Of a stretch of 64,000 nt of DNA, positions 29,663-41,024 are shown piece by piece. Position 1 is the stretch's first letter. Each line of letters begins with the position of its first letter. The stretch spans positions 192,001 to 256,000 of the forward strand of contig CAXXMR010000013.1 in NCBI GenBank assembly GCA_963663805.2. The letters run 5' to 3'. The notes under the pieces are model-generated. The model was not told where the DNA came from. It saw nothing but the letters and a program-made list of their open reading frames with translations, and searched no databases. This DNA is from Sedimentisphaerales bacterium (GTDB lineage Bacteria; Planctomycetota; Phycisphaerae; Sedimentisphaerales; SM23-30). The position numbers and the translations under genes are program-made.

Positions 29663-30134
29663 TATAGGCAGTTTTTCAGACTCGGACTCCGGCTCGGATT
29701 CTTACTCCTTTTACTATAGTCCCAACTCTTTTCCTCACCTAACTCCTTATTCCATATAACCTTTTCAGACTACTACCTTCCCAAGTCCCACTCTATCACT
29801 ATTCCTTTCAACTAAACATCTGCCCCTACTGTTTGTACTCTGACCTATTCCTTATATTCATTCTCTATTCTTTCTATTTTTCCCTCTTTTTCTGCCCCGG
29901 GCCTCGACCATCGGGAGAGGACCGGACGGTGACTGGAGCGTCAGCGTAAGTCGCCCAAGTGCCTCCTGGCACTTCCGCCCGTTCTCACCTGTCGTCAATC
30001 ACCTGTTCACCCTGCAACACCTCCGGCATCATATATTCCCCGCATCCCCATGACTACATCCTTCCTAGACCCCAAGACCCAAATGAATCGAAATAAAACG
30101 AAATCGGGCCTCTTTTAGGCCCTGAAACTAAAAT

Positions 30135-30713
30135 CTAATGACTCGCCAGCCACTGCTTTGCCATGTTCACCTTACGTACCCAGCCGGCCTTCTTGATCCT
30201 GGCAATTTCAACCTGCAATCGCTTCGCTCTCAGGTAATACCTGGCCAACCACTGCATATCGTCATTGATGATATGATCTGCATGGATAATCCCCATCCGC
30301 AGATATTTGAGCACCAGATATTTGCTCCTGCCCGATATGCGTTCCCGCACAATATCGAACATGATCAATACATCCCGAAGCTCTTCTCTGAGTTTTTCCA
30401 CCTTGTACCTGGCCTTATCGAATTCGGGCCGATATCGTTCAAAATCAACCGTTCCAAAGGCACCCCAGTCCAACCCGCCGTTTTCATCACGAACGGGATT
30501 GAAAGTTTGCTTCATACCCTGAAACGGTAATGCCAGTATCGGCCCCCATTCCTGCCTCATGACCTGCCTTTCCAGCTCCACAGGATCAGCTAGCTCCTGA
30601 TCTTCCAAACCTGCCACATGACCATACCGGTCTTTAGATTCAAGCTTTAGAATCGCAGCTGCCGGTACACCATCTGCACCTATTCCGTTATCGAAATCTG
30701 TTTTATATGACAT
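30135..30713 (-). CDS. Hypothetical protein
   Basis: Start MSYKTD with GGAGG SD. Confidence 0.7.
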   Translation of the reverse strand: MSYKTDFDNGIGADGVPAAAILKLESKDRYGHVAGLEDQELADPVELERQVMRQEWGPILALPFQGMKQTFNPVRDENGGLDWGAFGTVDFERYRPEFDKARYKVEKLREELRDVLIMFDIVRERISGRSKYLVLKYLRMGIIHADHIINDDMQWLARYYLRAKRLQVEIARIKKAGWVRKVNMAKQWLASH

Positions 30714-30997
30714 TTTCGTCCCTCCGAGTATCCCCGCTCTTTCAGGCGGTTCGCTCACCCTCTGGCGAACCGCCGTTCCCAACCATACTTCACGCGAAGG
30801 CCCTCAAAGCGGACCCCTCGATAAAGTTTTCGGTCTCGGACCGAAAGCTTTACGATAAGGGGGCTGCGCCGGCCGCAACATATCAACTCTCTGGTATTTT
30901 CAATATTTTATGTCACCTTTCATCTGTTAATTAACTCAAAGACTCATATCGACGTAATATCACGCTTTCATACAATAAGAATGATATCTATAATTGT

Positions 30998-33900
30998 CTA
31001 TAAATATTCCTCCTTCGCCTGCGATGTTTCCCTAAGGGGCTGATCCGTCAAGAATTCCAATCGACCGCATTGATACAAAGCCTTAAATAATTCATAATCA
31101 AACTCAAACCTCATTTTGATTAATTTTTTGACTAATTCCTCACTGCTATTTTTCACTAATCTCAACAGACATGTATTAAATGAAAATTGAAGACCATCGT
31201 CTATGCGATCACGTTTATCAACCAGCATCTCGACGATTCGACTATCTACCCTATCCTGTAATTCTTCGAGTATGCATAATGCAGAAAGACAAACATGATC
31301 CGTACTATCACCAACTGCATCAACTATTCTTTCGATGGTTTTATAATCTATTATATTTTTTAAGCGTCTGAGAATTTGAATAGCGGCACTACGAACTTGT
31401 GGATTATTGCTATTAAGCTTATCAGCAACCTTATTAAAGATTTCATCATCTACCTGATTCTGAAACAAAACAGATGCCATTACTACGGCACCGCGAACGT
31501 AGCTATCTTCGTCTTCGATCCTATCAACAATCTTACCAATAACCGCGACGTCCAGTTTGTCGTGAAGTTTTGCCAACGTATTAATGGCTGATTGGCGAAT
31601 ACATTCATTTTCATTCTCAAGTTCACAAACTAACTTTTCTATAGTTGCACCTTTCAATTCGCCCTGTGAATTGCCAAGCATCTCAATTGCCCAAAAATAC
31701 AAACCGTCAGTTCTATCACAAAAAATCTTCTCAACTAGCCTGATATCAATCTTATTTCCCAAACATTCAAGGGCCGATATTACGGAAAAAGTGATATAAG
31801 AATTGTCAACATTTAATTTATTAATTATCATTTCGATAATCTTGTGATCCACTTTATCGTGTAAATGACCAAGAGCTTCAATGGCAAAACAGCAAACTTC
31901 AGGATCGTCATTTTTGAGTCGATCAACCATAGTTTCAATGATATTACAATCCACCTTGTCTTGCATAAGGCCAAGAACTTTAACTGCTGCATGTCGCACA
32001 TCATAGTCTTCATCATCAAGCTTGCCAACTATCTTTTTAATAGTATTGCGATCCACCCTATATTTTAACGACCCAATAGCATGTATGGCACAATAACGAA
32101 CTTTTGATTCAATATCTTCAATCCGGCCAACCAGTTTCTCAAAAACTTGGCCATCTACTTTACTTTGTAGCTTGGCGAAAAATCTTATTGCAACACAGCA
32201 GTCCTTTGGTTCACCATCATCAAGTTTGTCCACTATTTTTTTTACAGTCCTGCCATCTATCTTGCTTTGTAAGGCAACAAGAACTTCTAGGACACCGTCC
32301 TCATATACATTTGCACTCCACAGTCTTTCGAGGACCCTATCAACAATTCTTGCATCTACTTTGCTCTTTAGTTCTTTTAGTGCTTCTATTATCCACATTT
32401 GATGAAATTCATATTTATTATCCCCAAGTTTATCAATCAGTTTCTCTAAGGCTGCAAAACTGACAGCGTCATTCAATTTTCCAATAGTTTTAATTGCCCA
32501 AATACTAATTGCTGAATCTTTATTATCAACTGCATCTATCAATTTACCAATAATTCTTTCGTCTACAACATTCACCATGTCATGAATAGTCCTAATTGCC
32601 AAAATTTGATTTTCACTGTCTTTGGCTTCAAGCATTTCTAATAATACTTTCTGAGCTTTAGTCTTGTTAACATATATTAAAGATTTTGCTGCTTCTAAAC
32701 CACAGAAAGGATCTTCCAAAAGCTTTTCAATCTGAATTGAAACTCTTTCAATTATAACGCGACCTACTTCCGCCTCTGCAATTAGTTCAGCCACCAGAAA
32801 CAGTTTTGAGTGAATGAAATTGTCCTTCTCAGAGAGAATCTCTTCTATTAGAGACTGTCCGTTAAGGCCTGCAAGGAACTTGATGACCTCCTTCCACTTG
32901 GGATTCCATTTCTCTTTCAATACTTGCTTAAAATGACTTTTGTTGCGATTCCGAAAAATGTATTCGGCGGCCAAATATTCCTGAAAAGACTGGTGGCTAA
33001 AATGAAAAAACTTTTCGATGCCATCATTTCTGCTAAGAATCATTTGAACCAGACCGGCATCTAGAATATCATCAAATTGATTATAACCTTCACACAATAC
33101 AAAAGTGAGAGGTATTGTCTGTAAGAAAGGCTCCTCCCTTGCAATTGCGAGGAAGGATATTTCTCCTAAAACGTGTCTCATTTCCAATGTTTTACAATGA
33201 TGATATCTTTCAAAATAGTAATTCTCATATTCCTCAAATATATAATCAACAAACCTCTTGTAGAGATCTTTTCGTGTTGCAATCTTATCATCATTACCAT
33301 TTTCAATAAGGTCGCGAACCATATAGGCAAGCATCGGCACTGACAGCATCTCGAGACAGTTTTTACACATCTCCTTTGCTCTGGCATATTTGTCTGAGAA
33401 GTATATATTTTTATCATTTTCATCAAATGATTTGAGTCGAAGAAATTTCAACTTTTCATCTGTCTCGAACTCAACGACAGCATAAGGCCGAGAGGAAACA
33501 ACCACCTTACCCTTGAGAACAGCCTTGAGCCCGTCTATTAATCTGACATGATTGATTTTCGATGAAGATATTTGGTCCAGACCGTCTATCAGAAACACCA
33601 GATCCTTAGAGTAAGATTTCAGAAATTCGTACTCATCAGTTCCTTCAAGATAACCTGTAAATAGTTCAGCGATACTTTTGAATGAAAGCGCTTCGTTGTG
33701 AGCATATAATTTAACTTGTTCCATCATATCGGCATCGAAAAACAGCGGAATCAAATCTGTTTTTTCTATTATCTCCAGCTGCAGGTGCCTTAAAAAGGTC
33801 GTCTTGCCGCTGCCGGTATCGGAACTCAAAATATATATACCTTCCGGATTCCATAATTCTTTAGTATCGATATCCTTCCAGGTTCGATTATGATCGTATT

Positions 33901-34537
33901 GATCATCCTCGGATTCTAACAGGTTTCTATCACAGTTATCTTTGTAAGATCCGCTTTGTAACTTCAGAGGCATATAATCGTTAAGGGGCTGATCATGAAG
34001 CTTCTTACGGAGATGATCTTCCGCCTTTTCTTTAAGTTTTCTGCAGAAGATTTGCTTTGGCGTTAAGGGGCAACAGGCCATCTCAAAGGGAACGATATTA
34101 ATTGAATAACGATCCAGTCTGATGCCTTTTTTCGTACGATATTCAATTTGCTCTGTTTGGGAACATGCCAAATGGCAGTTACACCGTTTAGATTCTCCTC
34201 GATTGTTTATGTGCCGAAAGTATAATTGAATGGGAGGATTTATGTTATGCTTATGACTGAAAGCTGCCAATATGCAGTTTACTGTATCTATACTGTTTGA
34301 AACTAAAGAGTGATATCGTTCCCCTTTTTTTCTGGCTAAAATATCTTGAGTGTCTCGAAACGAAGAATGCTTCTGATCGAGCAAAACCCTAAACAAATTA
34401 TTTACCCTGTCTCTAGCATCAGCATCCTGTATCTCACAGTCAATATACTGATAGATATTCTCGCTGTAGAGATATTCAACAATTTTGCCATGCTCTTCCG
34501 GAGACGGGGCAATATATTCACGATTATCCGGCTTCAT
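30998..34537 (-). CDS. NACHT/STAND NTPase with C-terminal HEAT repeats
   Basis: Walker A SDTGSGKTT, Walker B FLIDGLDQ, SSRP and F.HQSFQEYLAA; ~37-aa repeats of the type KLDDED..VR.AA...L; AT-rich gene. Confidence 0.88.
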   Translation of the reverse strand: MKPDNREYIAPSPEEHGKIVEYLYSENIYQYIDCEIQDADARDRVNNLFRVLLDQKHSSFRDTQDILARKKGERYHSLVSNSIDTVNCILAAFSHKHNINPPIQLYFRHINNRGESKRCNCHLACSQTEQIEYRTKKGIRLDRYSINIVPFEMACCPLTPKQIFCRKLKEKAEDHLRKKLHDQPLNDYMPLKLQSGSYKDNCDRNLLESEDDQYDHNRTWKDIDTKELWNPEGIYILSSDTGSGKTTFLRHLQLEIIEKTDLIPLFFDADMMEQVKLYAHNEALSFKSIAELFTGYLEGTDEYEFLKSYSKDLVFLIDGLDQISSSKINHVRLIDGLKAVLKGKVVVSSRPYAVVEFETDEKLKFLRLKSFDENDKNIYFSDKYARAKEMCKNCLEMLSVPMLAYMVRDLIENGNDDKIATRKDLYKRFVDYIFEEYENYYFERYHHCKTLEMRHVLGEISFLAIAREEPFLQTIPLTFVLCEGYNQFDDILDAGLVQMILSRNDGIEKFFHFSHQSFQEYLAAEYIFRNRNKSHFKQVLKEKWNPKWKEVIKFLAGLNGQSLIEEILSEKDNFIHSKLFLVAELIAEAEVGRVIIERVSIQIEKLLEDPFCGLEAAKSLIYVNKTKAQKVLLEMLEAKDSENQILAIRTIHDMVNVVDERIIGKLIDAVDNKDSAISIWAIKTIGKLNDAVSFAALEKLIDKLGDNKYEFHQMWIIEALKELKSKVDARIVDRVLERLWSANVYEDGVLEVLVALQSKIDGRTVKKIVDKLDDGEPKDCCVAIRFFAKLQSKVDGQVFEKLVGRIEDIESKVRYCAIHAIGSLKYRVDRNTIKKIVGKLDDEDYDVRHAAVKVLGLMQDKVDCNIIETMVDRLKNDDPEVCCFAIEALGHLHDKVDHKIIEMIINKLNVDNSYITFSVISALECLGNKIDIRLVEKIFCDRTDGLYFWAIEMLGNSQGELKGATIEKLVCELENENECIRQSAINTLAKLHDKLDVAVIGKIVDRIEDEDSYVRGAVVMASVLFQNQVDDEIFNKVADKLNSNNPQVRSAAIQILRRLKNIIDYKTIERIVDAVGDSTDHVCLSALCILEELQDRVDSRIVEMLVDKRDRIDDGLQFSFNTCLLRLVKNSSEELVKKLIKMRFEFDYELFKALYQCGRLEFLTDQPLRETSQAKEEYL

Positions 34538-35142
34538 ATTTCACTCCAGGGAAAGAAATTCCACCAAATACCAAACTTATTATATGGATTTGCAGCAGCT
34601 ATGTCACGTCAAAAAGACCCGGATATCCATTTCTTTGCATCCCACACCACATGCCTCTATTGCACATAAGTCTCTATACATGAAAGTCTTACGCAATCAG
34701 AAACTCATAATCCTTGTCCCACTCATCCACCATGCGACACAATTTACCCGTACTGCCTTTGGGAATGGGGCATAAAATCAGAAAATTCAGGTCATAGGGG
34801 TGCTCATGAGTTGAATCCGCTGTTTGTAAGATATGCTGTCTCATGCGGAGAAGCACTTATTGTCATTGCGCCAAATCGTTGATATCAACCGGCTGTCACA
34901 TCTGTCCTCACACGAATTTCTTATGTCCGGTTTTTACCTCTGCTGCCACGTTCAAAATACGCGTTTCATTTCTGTTTTTTTCTGTGTTTTTTTCAATGTA
35001 AACATTTTCAAGATAAACAGTTACTCCGTACACAGAGAAACACTTAGATATGGTACCGACTGACCTTGATTTTCCTTCTGGGTGTGATAAATAAATGGGT
35101 AGACAGTCAATAACAAATCATCCAAACCTACAGGAGACAGTC

Positions 35143-35599
35143 ATGAAGAAGCCCGATTATCGCTATGAAATCATGTCATATGACGCCCGGGAAATTTCCT
35201 CCCAGGTAATCGATCAGAACGAGCTGGACGCTATCGACGGTAAAACCCACGACTGTGTGATAGACATCGCAAGAGGCGTTTTCGCATTCAGAGATGAATC
35301 AGGCCGCTGGGTCTCACATGAAACTAACTGGCCCGGTCTGGGCTTGGTGACCATGTCTATACTGCAAAACCTGCAGCTGGATCCGGGCAAATTTCTATCA
35401 GCCAAAAGAATAGCATATCTTTCGGATTTGCCTGCCCTGCGCCGCAGCGGAACTCTGGCCGCCAGAGTCCGCGCCCCTGCGCAAAGCTCTGCATGACCAG
35501 AATCGACGCTTCATCGAATCCCGACGTCACCCCTATGCCCTCAGATGGCACAAAGACCGCACCTGGCTCTGGATCAATCACACTCCGATCGGTAGCTGA
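35143..35599 (+). CDS. Putative winged-helix regulator, +1 frameshift at ~35475
   Basis: Joined frames give ...LAARVRALRKALHDQNRRFIESRRHPYALRW, similar to an OmpR-type wHTH; AGGAG SD. Confidence 0.55.
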
Positions 35600-35723
35600 A
35601 ATCACTCACGACATCACATCCATTTAAAATCGGGCCAATGTAAGCCACATGTCATTGAAGTGCCCTCGACTGAATAATGATTATGCTATGCTATTAGTAA
35701 ATGAAATTGACAGGAGCAAAATC

Positions 35724-36074
35724 ATGGTAAGAACCTGGTACGAAACCCCCGAAGATTTCCCGGCCCTGAAGCCGGGACGTAAATACCTGGTATATTGTCT
35801 CGACATCGATAAGGTCCGCAAGCCGCTCGGACTTGAAGTGGTGATCGAATATATTGAAGGTGAGCAGAACGGACGCAGACAGACTATTTCCCTGCCTCTG
35901 CCCATCCGGCCTGAAGGATTGACCAAGGACTTTTTCCAGGCCTGCGGCCAGTCAATCATCGTCGGTCGCAAGATTCCCATTAAATCTACGGTAACCGGCA
36001 AACGTCTTTTGATCGAGTTTGGACAAGATCTCTCTGACAACCTGCTTAGGCCGGTTGCTTTTACCGTTTTTTGA
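35724..36074 (+). CDS. Hypothetical beta-rich protein
   Basis: AGGAG SD before MVRTWY; lies in a co-directional operon. Confidence 0.65.
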   Translation: MVRTWYETPEDFPALKPGRKYLVYCLDIDKVRKPLGLEVVIEYIEGEQNGRRQTISLPLPIRPEGLTKDFFQACGQSIIVGRKIPIKSTVTGKRLLIEFGQDLSDNLLRPVAFTVF

Positions 36075-36088
36075 GCTCGAGGCCGATC

Positions 36089-36319
36089 ATGAGTAATCAA
36101 TTTCTTTCTGAATTGACCGAGCCGCCCCGGATCGAAACACCCCCGGCTCCAACCGGTCTGGCACGACTGGCCCTGCTGATCGGAGATTATGTACGTAACG
36201 GTGTGGTAATTCTGTTCTGGACTGTAATCGCCTGTGCCGCTGCCGCCGCGGCGATAATCTCCTGCGCGGTTATCGTCTGGGCCCTGAAAATCAGCATGAA
36301 AGCTGTCGGAGGACATTGA
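36089..36319 (+). CDS. Small membrane protein
   Basis: Long hydrophobic stretch. Confidence 0.6.
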   Translation: MSNQFLSELTEPPRIETPPAPTGLARLALLIGDYVRNGVVILFWTVIACAAAAAAIISCAVIVWALKISMKAVGGH

Positions 36320-36450
36320 AACATGGCCAAAGAAACATCCCACACCACCGATGATATCCAGATGGTCGAGACTCGCTTTTCGATGAGCAGGGCAGGCTGG
36401 TTCTGGAATTTCATGCCGGTGAAACCGCCGCTTTTGATTCTGACGGCACT

Positions 36451-36757
36451 ATGATAGTACGTAAATGTTATCAGAGCATCAATCTGGTCTGCGGCTGTCA
36501 ATACCATCCCGGCCAGGCCGAGCAAGAACTGGCGGTCTGTTCCCTCTGCCGTGAGCCGCCATATGAGTTTCCCCGCCGTCAGCCGCCGCGGCATGGCTTG
36601 ATGTGTTCTTCTCATACCCAAACCTGCCACCTCATGCCGCCTGTCTCTGTGCCCGCGGCATACCCGAACCTACAAGGGCAAACCCTATTGTCCCAGCTGC
36701 TGCCGACAGGCCAAGCGGCGTCGAGTGATTAACTGGATATTATTTGAAAAGAGTTGA
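36451..36757 (+). CDS. Cys/His-rich zinc-finger (B-box-like) protein, +1 frameshift at ~36632
   Basis: Joined frames give CQYH..CSLC..CSSH..C..C...LCPRH....YCPSC. Confidence 0.55.
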
Positions 36758-36761
36758 ACTA

Positions 36762-38837
36762 ATGCAGAATTATGCCCAACAGCTTTATCATAAGATTGTC
36801 AAATATCGCCTGGATGATCACTATCCAGAGATTGCGGCCCTGAAAGTCCGCCTCGAGCATAACCGTCTTTCTCAATTTGTGGTCCGGGCCTGGCTGCGTA
36901 AGATAGAACCTTATGTCGAACAGCAGAAACGCTGCTGGAATCCTTTTCCCGCGGCCGCCGGAGCTGAAGAACTGGGCAAATTCGATATCGAACTCGGTCA
37001 TCTAAAACAAGCCCGGGATACCCCGGTAGGAGTTCGTTTCATCGCCCGCCCCAACCATATCATTACCTGTGGCGGTACCGGCAGCGGCAAGAGCACTCTG
37101 AATCGGCGGATCATACGCCAAACTGAACAAGATTATCCAGACATCCGCATTCTGGTATTGGACCTCAAAGGGGACTACCTGCATCTGCCGGACGAACTGG
37201 GCCGGGATCGCTGGCGGCTTTACAGCTGGACCGAGGGATTTCGTATGGGTATAGGACCACCCTCTGGGCCTCTGTCCCCATCGACCTGGATCAATCAAAT
37301 TGCCAAGATATTGGCAGCCCAATGCAATCTGGCCTTCAGTCAAAGCACCCTCTTCGGCCGCAATGCGTTTTTCTCACAGCCCAACTGAACCAAACGCCCC
37401 ATTCACCTCTGATATTTCCGGATCTGGCCCTGATATATGAAGTTCTGGATTATCTGCCGCCGGAGGTCTTCAGTAAAAAGGAATCTTATACTCAATCCGC
37501 CCTGCATCAGCTGGAATTTCTCAGCGGCAACTCCGGAGAATTGTTTCGAGCCTTTACCGGATTCGATGTGCAGGGTCATTTGATCGACGAAAAACACAAT
37601 GCCGTAATCGACCTGGTCAATCTCTCACCCATCTTGACGGCCATAGTCGTGGAGATCATCGCCAGTCAGCTGCTGCTTACGGCTCTGGCCCGGCATGATA
37701 CCTCTGACAGAACCAATTTACTACTAGTCATCGATGAATCCGATTACCTCTGTTCGGCCCGGATCGCCTCGGCTTATCCGGAAGAATATTCAGTCCTGGG
37801 GCAGCTGCTGAAGCAAGGGCGCGAATTCGGGATCATGGTGTGTCTGGGCATGACTTTTCTGGGCAAGTGCAGCCCTTACATTACTGCCGATTCGACTTAT
37901 CATTTCCTTTTCAATCCCGTCGACGCCCAGTCGACATATCAGTCCGTTCGCATCCTCCAGGAGCCGCAGGCGGGCAAACTGCTCAATTCTCTAGTACCTG
38001 GAGAATGCGTCTTTCATGAGATCATGGGACCTTGCAGCTGGCCCATGCTGGCTCGGATAGATTACGATCCGCCTTACCGCGGCGGCCGTCCCGACCAATT
38101 CGATCAGCATGACTACCTGCCCAGCCGGTCCCTCGCCGATCTTCCCGACCTCAAAAAAGCGGTCGATAAGCTCCTGGTCGAATATCTGCAAACCCGCACC
38201 CGACAAAAAAAGCAGGTCAAACCGGTCAGTAACGAAGCCCGCAAACTGATGGGGCTGATCGCAAACCACTCCTGGGCACCTTGCTCACGTTTATGGCCGA
38301 AAATCGGCAAGCTTAATTTCGTTGCTCAGAAATCGATCCGCGCCAAACTGGAGCGTGAAAAGCTGGTTATTTTCAACGAGCTGCGTATCGGCCGGACCAT
38401 GCAGCTGCTGCCGTTACTTACCGAAGATGGATACGACTATCTGGGCCTTACCGTACCCGATTCACGCGGCCGGGGCGGCCAGGTCCACGACTTTATCGCC
38501 CACTGGGTCGATATGACCGGACAGCAGCGCGGCTATAAAACTCGGATCGAAGCTTTGGTACCTGGCACCAGTCACCCTGTCGATGTCGCCTGGTGGATAA
38601 ACGGCCAGATGCACGTATTCGAGGTGATCAGTACCTGCAGCAAGAATATTCACTCTCACCTTCGTAACTGTCTTATCCAATCTCAGGAAGTGAGTTCTGT
38701 CACTATTGTCGCCGCTCAGAAGAAAGAGCTGCAGCTGATCGAGCAGAACATTGTCCAAGAGAGCGATTTCACTTTCGTTCTGGACCACATCAAATACCAG
38801 CCGGCATCCGATTTTTCTGGAGGAGTTATGGCCATGA
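36762..38837 (+). CDS. Second HerA/DUF87-like ATPase-wHTH-nuclease fusion; frameshifts at ~37353, ~37370 and ~38815
   Basis: HIITCGGTGSGKS, LDLKGDY, VIDESD and KQGREFGI; tail HDFIAH...VDVAW...FEV; corrected end QPASDFLEELWP-stop. Confidence 0.75.
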
Positions 38838-39058
38838 GGACCACCAAAACCATATTGATAATCATCATTACCGCCGTATCGATCAACACGATTCGCAGCA
38901 GCGAGAGCTATCCTCTCAGTCAGGTTCTGCCGTTCCTGGGCGGCCATCGACCTTCTCTGCTCTACGATATCATCGGCGGCGGCAGTCTCATCGCTATTTT
39001 TCTGTGGGGCCTGGATAGGCTCAGAAACCTACGTGACCACCATGACGACCGCGAGTGA
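38834..39058 (+). CDS. Small two-TM membrane protein (fused to the ATPase in the ORF track only because of a frameshift)
   Basis: GGAGGAG SD, ATGA overlap and two hydrophobic segments. Confidence 0.6.
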   Translation: MRTTKTILIIIITAVSINTIRSSESYPLSQVLPFLGGHRPSLLYDIIGGGSLIAIFLWGLDRLRNLRDHHDDRE

Positions 39059-39162
39059 CATCCTGACGTCATCAGGCCGTCAAGGGACAATCATGTATTA
39101 ATCACTGTACGACGCACATGCTGCGAACATTAAGATTATAATTAGTAACAGAGGAAAACCAA

Positions 39163-39447
39163 ATGAATCAGGAAACTAAAACTGAAAGAAAACCTGTCGA
39201 GAAACCGGTTAAATTGCCTCGGCCGAAGCGGCGGTCGAGACGATTCCGCTGGGAGCTTATTGTCCTGCCGGCGTCGCTCTATGGTTTATGGTGGCTGCTC
39301 AGTACCATCAAGCCCGCTTTCAGCTGGGATGATTTCCTGAACCTGATTCATATTAAAGATAAACAGCGTTTCAGTCAACTGGCCATCCTGGGAATTTCAA
39401 TCTGCAGTATATGTGCAGTCATGCGGGTATGGCTTCGTAAAAAGTGA
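39163..39447 (+). CDS. Small two-TM membrane protein
   Basis: GAGG SD; hydrophobic segments flanked by basic patches. Confidence 0.7.
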   Translation: MNQETKTERKPVEKPVKLPRPKRRSRRFRWELIVLPASLYGLWWLLSTIKPAFSWDDFLNLIHIKDKQRFSQLAILGISICSICAVMRVWLRKK

Positions 39448-39483
39448 AGAATCATTATCGAAAATGGAAACGGAGGCAGCGCT

Positions 39484-41024
39484 ATGCGAAAGAAACCGAT
39501 TTTAACAATATTGACCGCGATCTTTGTATTTACGGAATTGGCCGGCGGAGCCCAGAGCCGCCCCAAGCCCCTGGCGGTCAGTCTGATCTGGGATACCTCA
39601 CCTTCCCTGGAGAAGCAATGGAAATCCGTGCACCTAATGGCCAAACTGACCATCGATGCCCTCGAGCCTGGAGATTATCTGGAGGTGATCAGCGCCCATA
39701 AGTCCGGCGGACAACTGCGATATGCCGGCCATATCACCGAAACGGAAAAGTCTAAGAACCAGAGCAAATCTTCTCTACAAAATATCAAGCGAGCAATCTT
39801 CCTGCAGGCCGATCTGGGCAGTACTCTGGCTATGGCCCGGCAAAGGCTGAAAACCATCCTGAACAAAGATCTCGATCGCCGAGGCGTCATTATAATATTG
39901 ACGGACGCCCATATGCAGTATCGCGGACTGGATGATCTGCTGGTTCAGGCTGCTCAGTGCCATGAACAGGGTATCGATGTCTATATTACCGGAGACGATA
40001 AAACCTCCAAAGAGCTCTTGATCGCCGCGGTGCAGAAAAGGCTGACCTGGTCGACGCTGCGCCAAGCTAATCCGGCACTCTGGCTGGAAAAAAATCGGAT
40101 TATGCCGGAAGTAACTGCAGCATCTCAAAAACAAGCTGCAAAGCAGCCAAAGATGCCTTCGTCATATGTTTCGGACCAAGCCGAAGAGGTTAAAGATTCA
40201 TCCAAACTTCAACCTGGACGTACCGAGGAGATTGTCAAGGCCAAGCCGATAATCACCCAGACCAAAGCCACAGTCACCTTGCAGTCCGATGTCTCGTTCA
40301 GCCAAACCGAGCCGGATACCGAGCCGATTACTGAAACCTGAATCTGCTTTGTCTGAAAAAGTCAGGCAGAACCAACCTTCTGCGGTATCTTTATCTGCCG
40401 AAGATAGCATCGTTTTAGAAGCGCGAGATGAACCCAATCAGCCCATTGTTGTCAATCAGACCCCGCCAACAGCCTCATCTGAACCTATCCGTGCTATTGG
40501 ACCATGGCAGTCTGAAAAACCGCATCTCACGCTGGTCATTGTATATCGGCTCCGCTCTGCTTTTTACACTCATTCTGCTGACTATTGTCAGAGGAGCTGT
40601 AAACGGGCAGCGCTGGCAGAAGAAGCTCACCGAACGCTTGAAAAGAATACCTTCTGCCGAAGCCGTGCAGATCCTTTACGCCAACTGCGACGGCCAAAGT
40701 TATCGTCTGGGCCGTACCGACCGTCTGCAAACCGTCCATATCGGCAGCGGACCGCATAACAGTCTGCGTATCAATGACAAATCGATAGCCCCGCGTCATA
40801 TTCGCATCCAGCGGGTAAAAAAAAGACTCAGCCTTACCAATCTCGCTCCAGCTCCTGTGGCCGTAAACGGTTCTGCCCTAAAGCCGCGGCGTCGGAAAAG
40901 CCTGACTCTCCCGGCCCTGATCAGACTGAGCGATTCGGTAACCTTGAAACTGGAAACCCGACCGGAACTGCCCGGCAAGGACGCAAAACCTCAAAAGGAG
41001 CTCAATAATGAAAGAGAATCCTAA
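39484..41024 (+). CDS. Signal peptide-vWA-linker-TM-FHA protein, +1 frameshifts at ~40336 and ~40505
   Basis: MIDAS-like DTSPS and ILTDA; TM segment LYIGSALLFTLILLTIV; FHA-like IGSG..N.L.I.D.SI..RH..I...L.NL...VNG. Confidence 0.7.

Noticed and set aside
37322..39058. ATPase with C-terminal transmembrane fusion
   Set aside because: Better explained by a +1 frameshift at ~38815 joining two separate genes; the second has its own SD.
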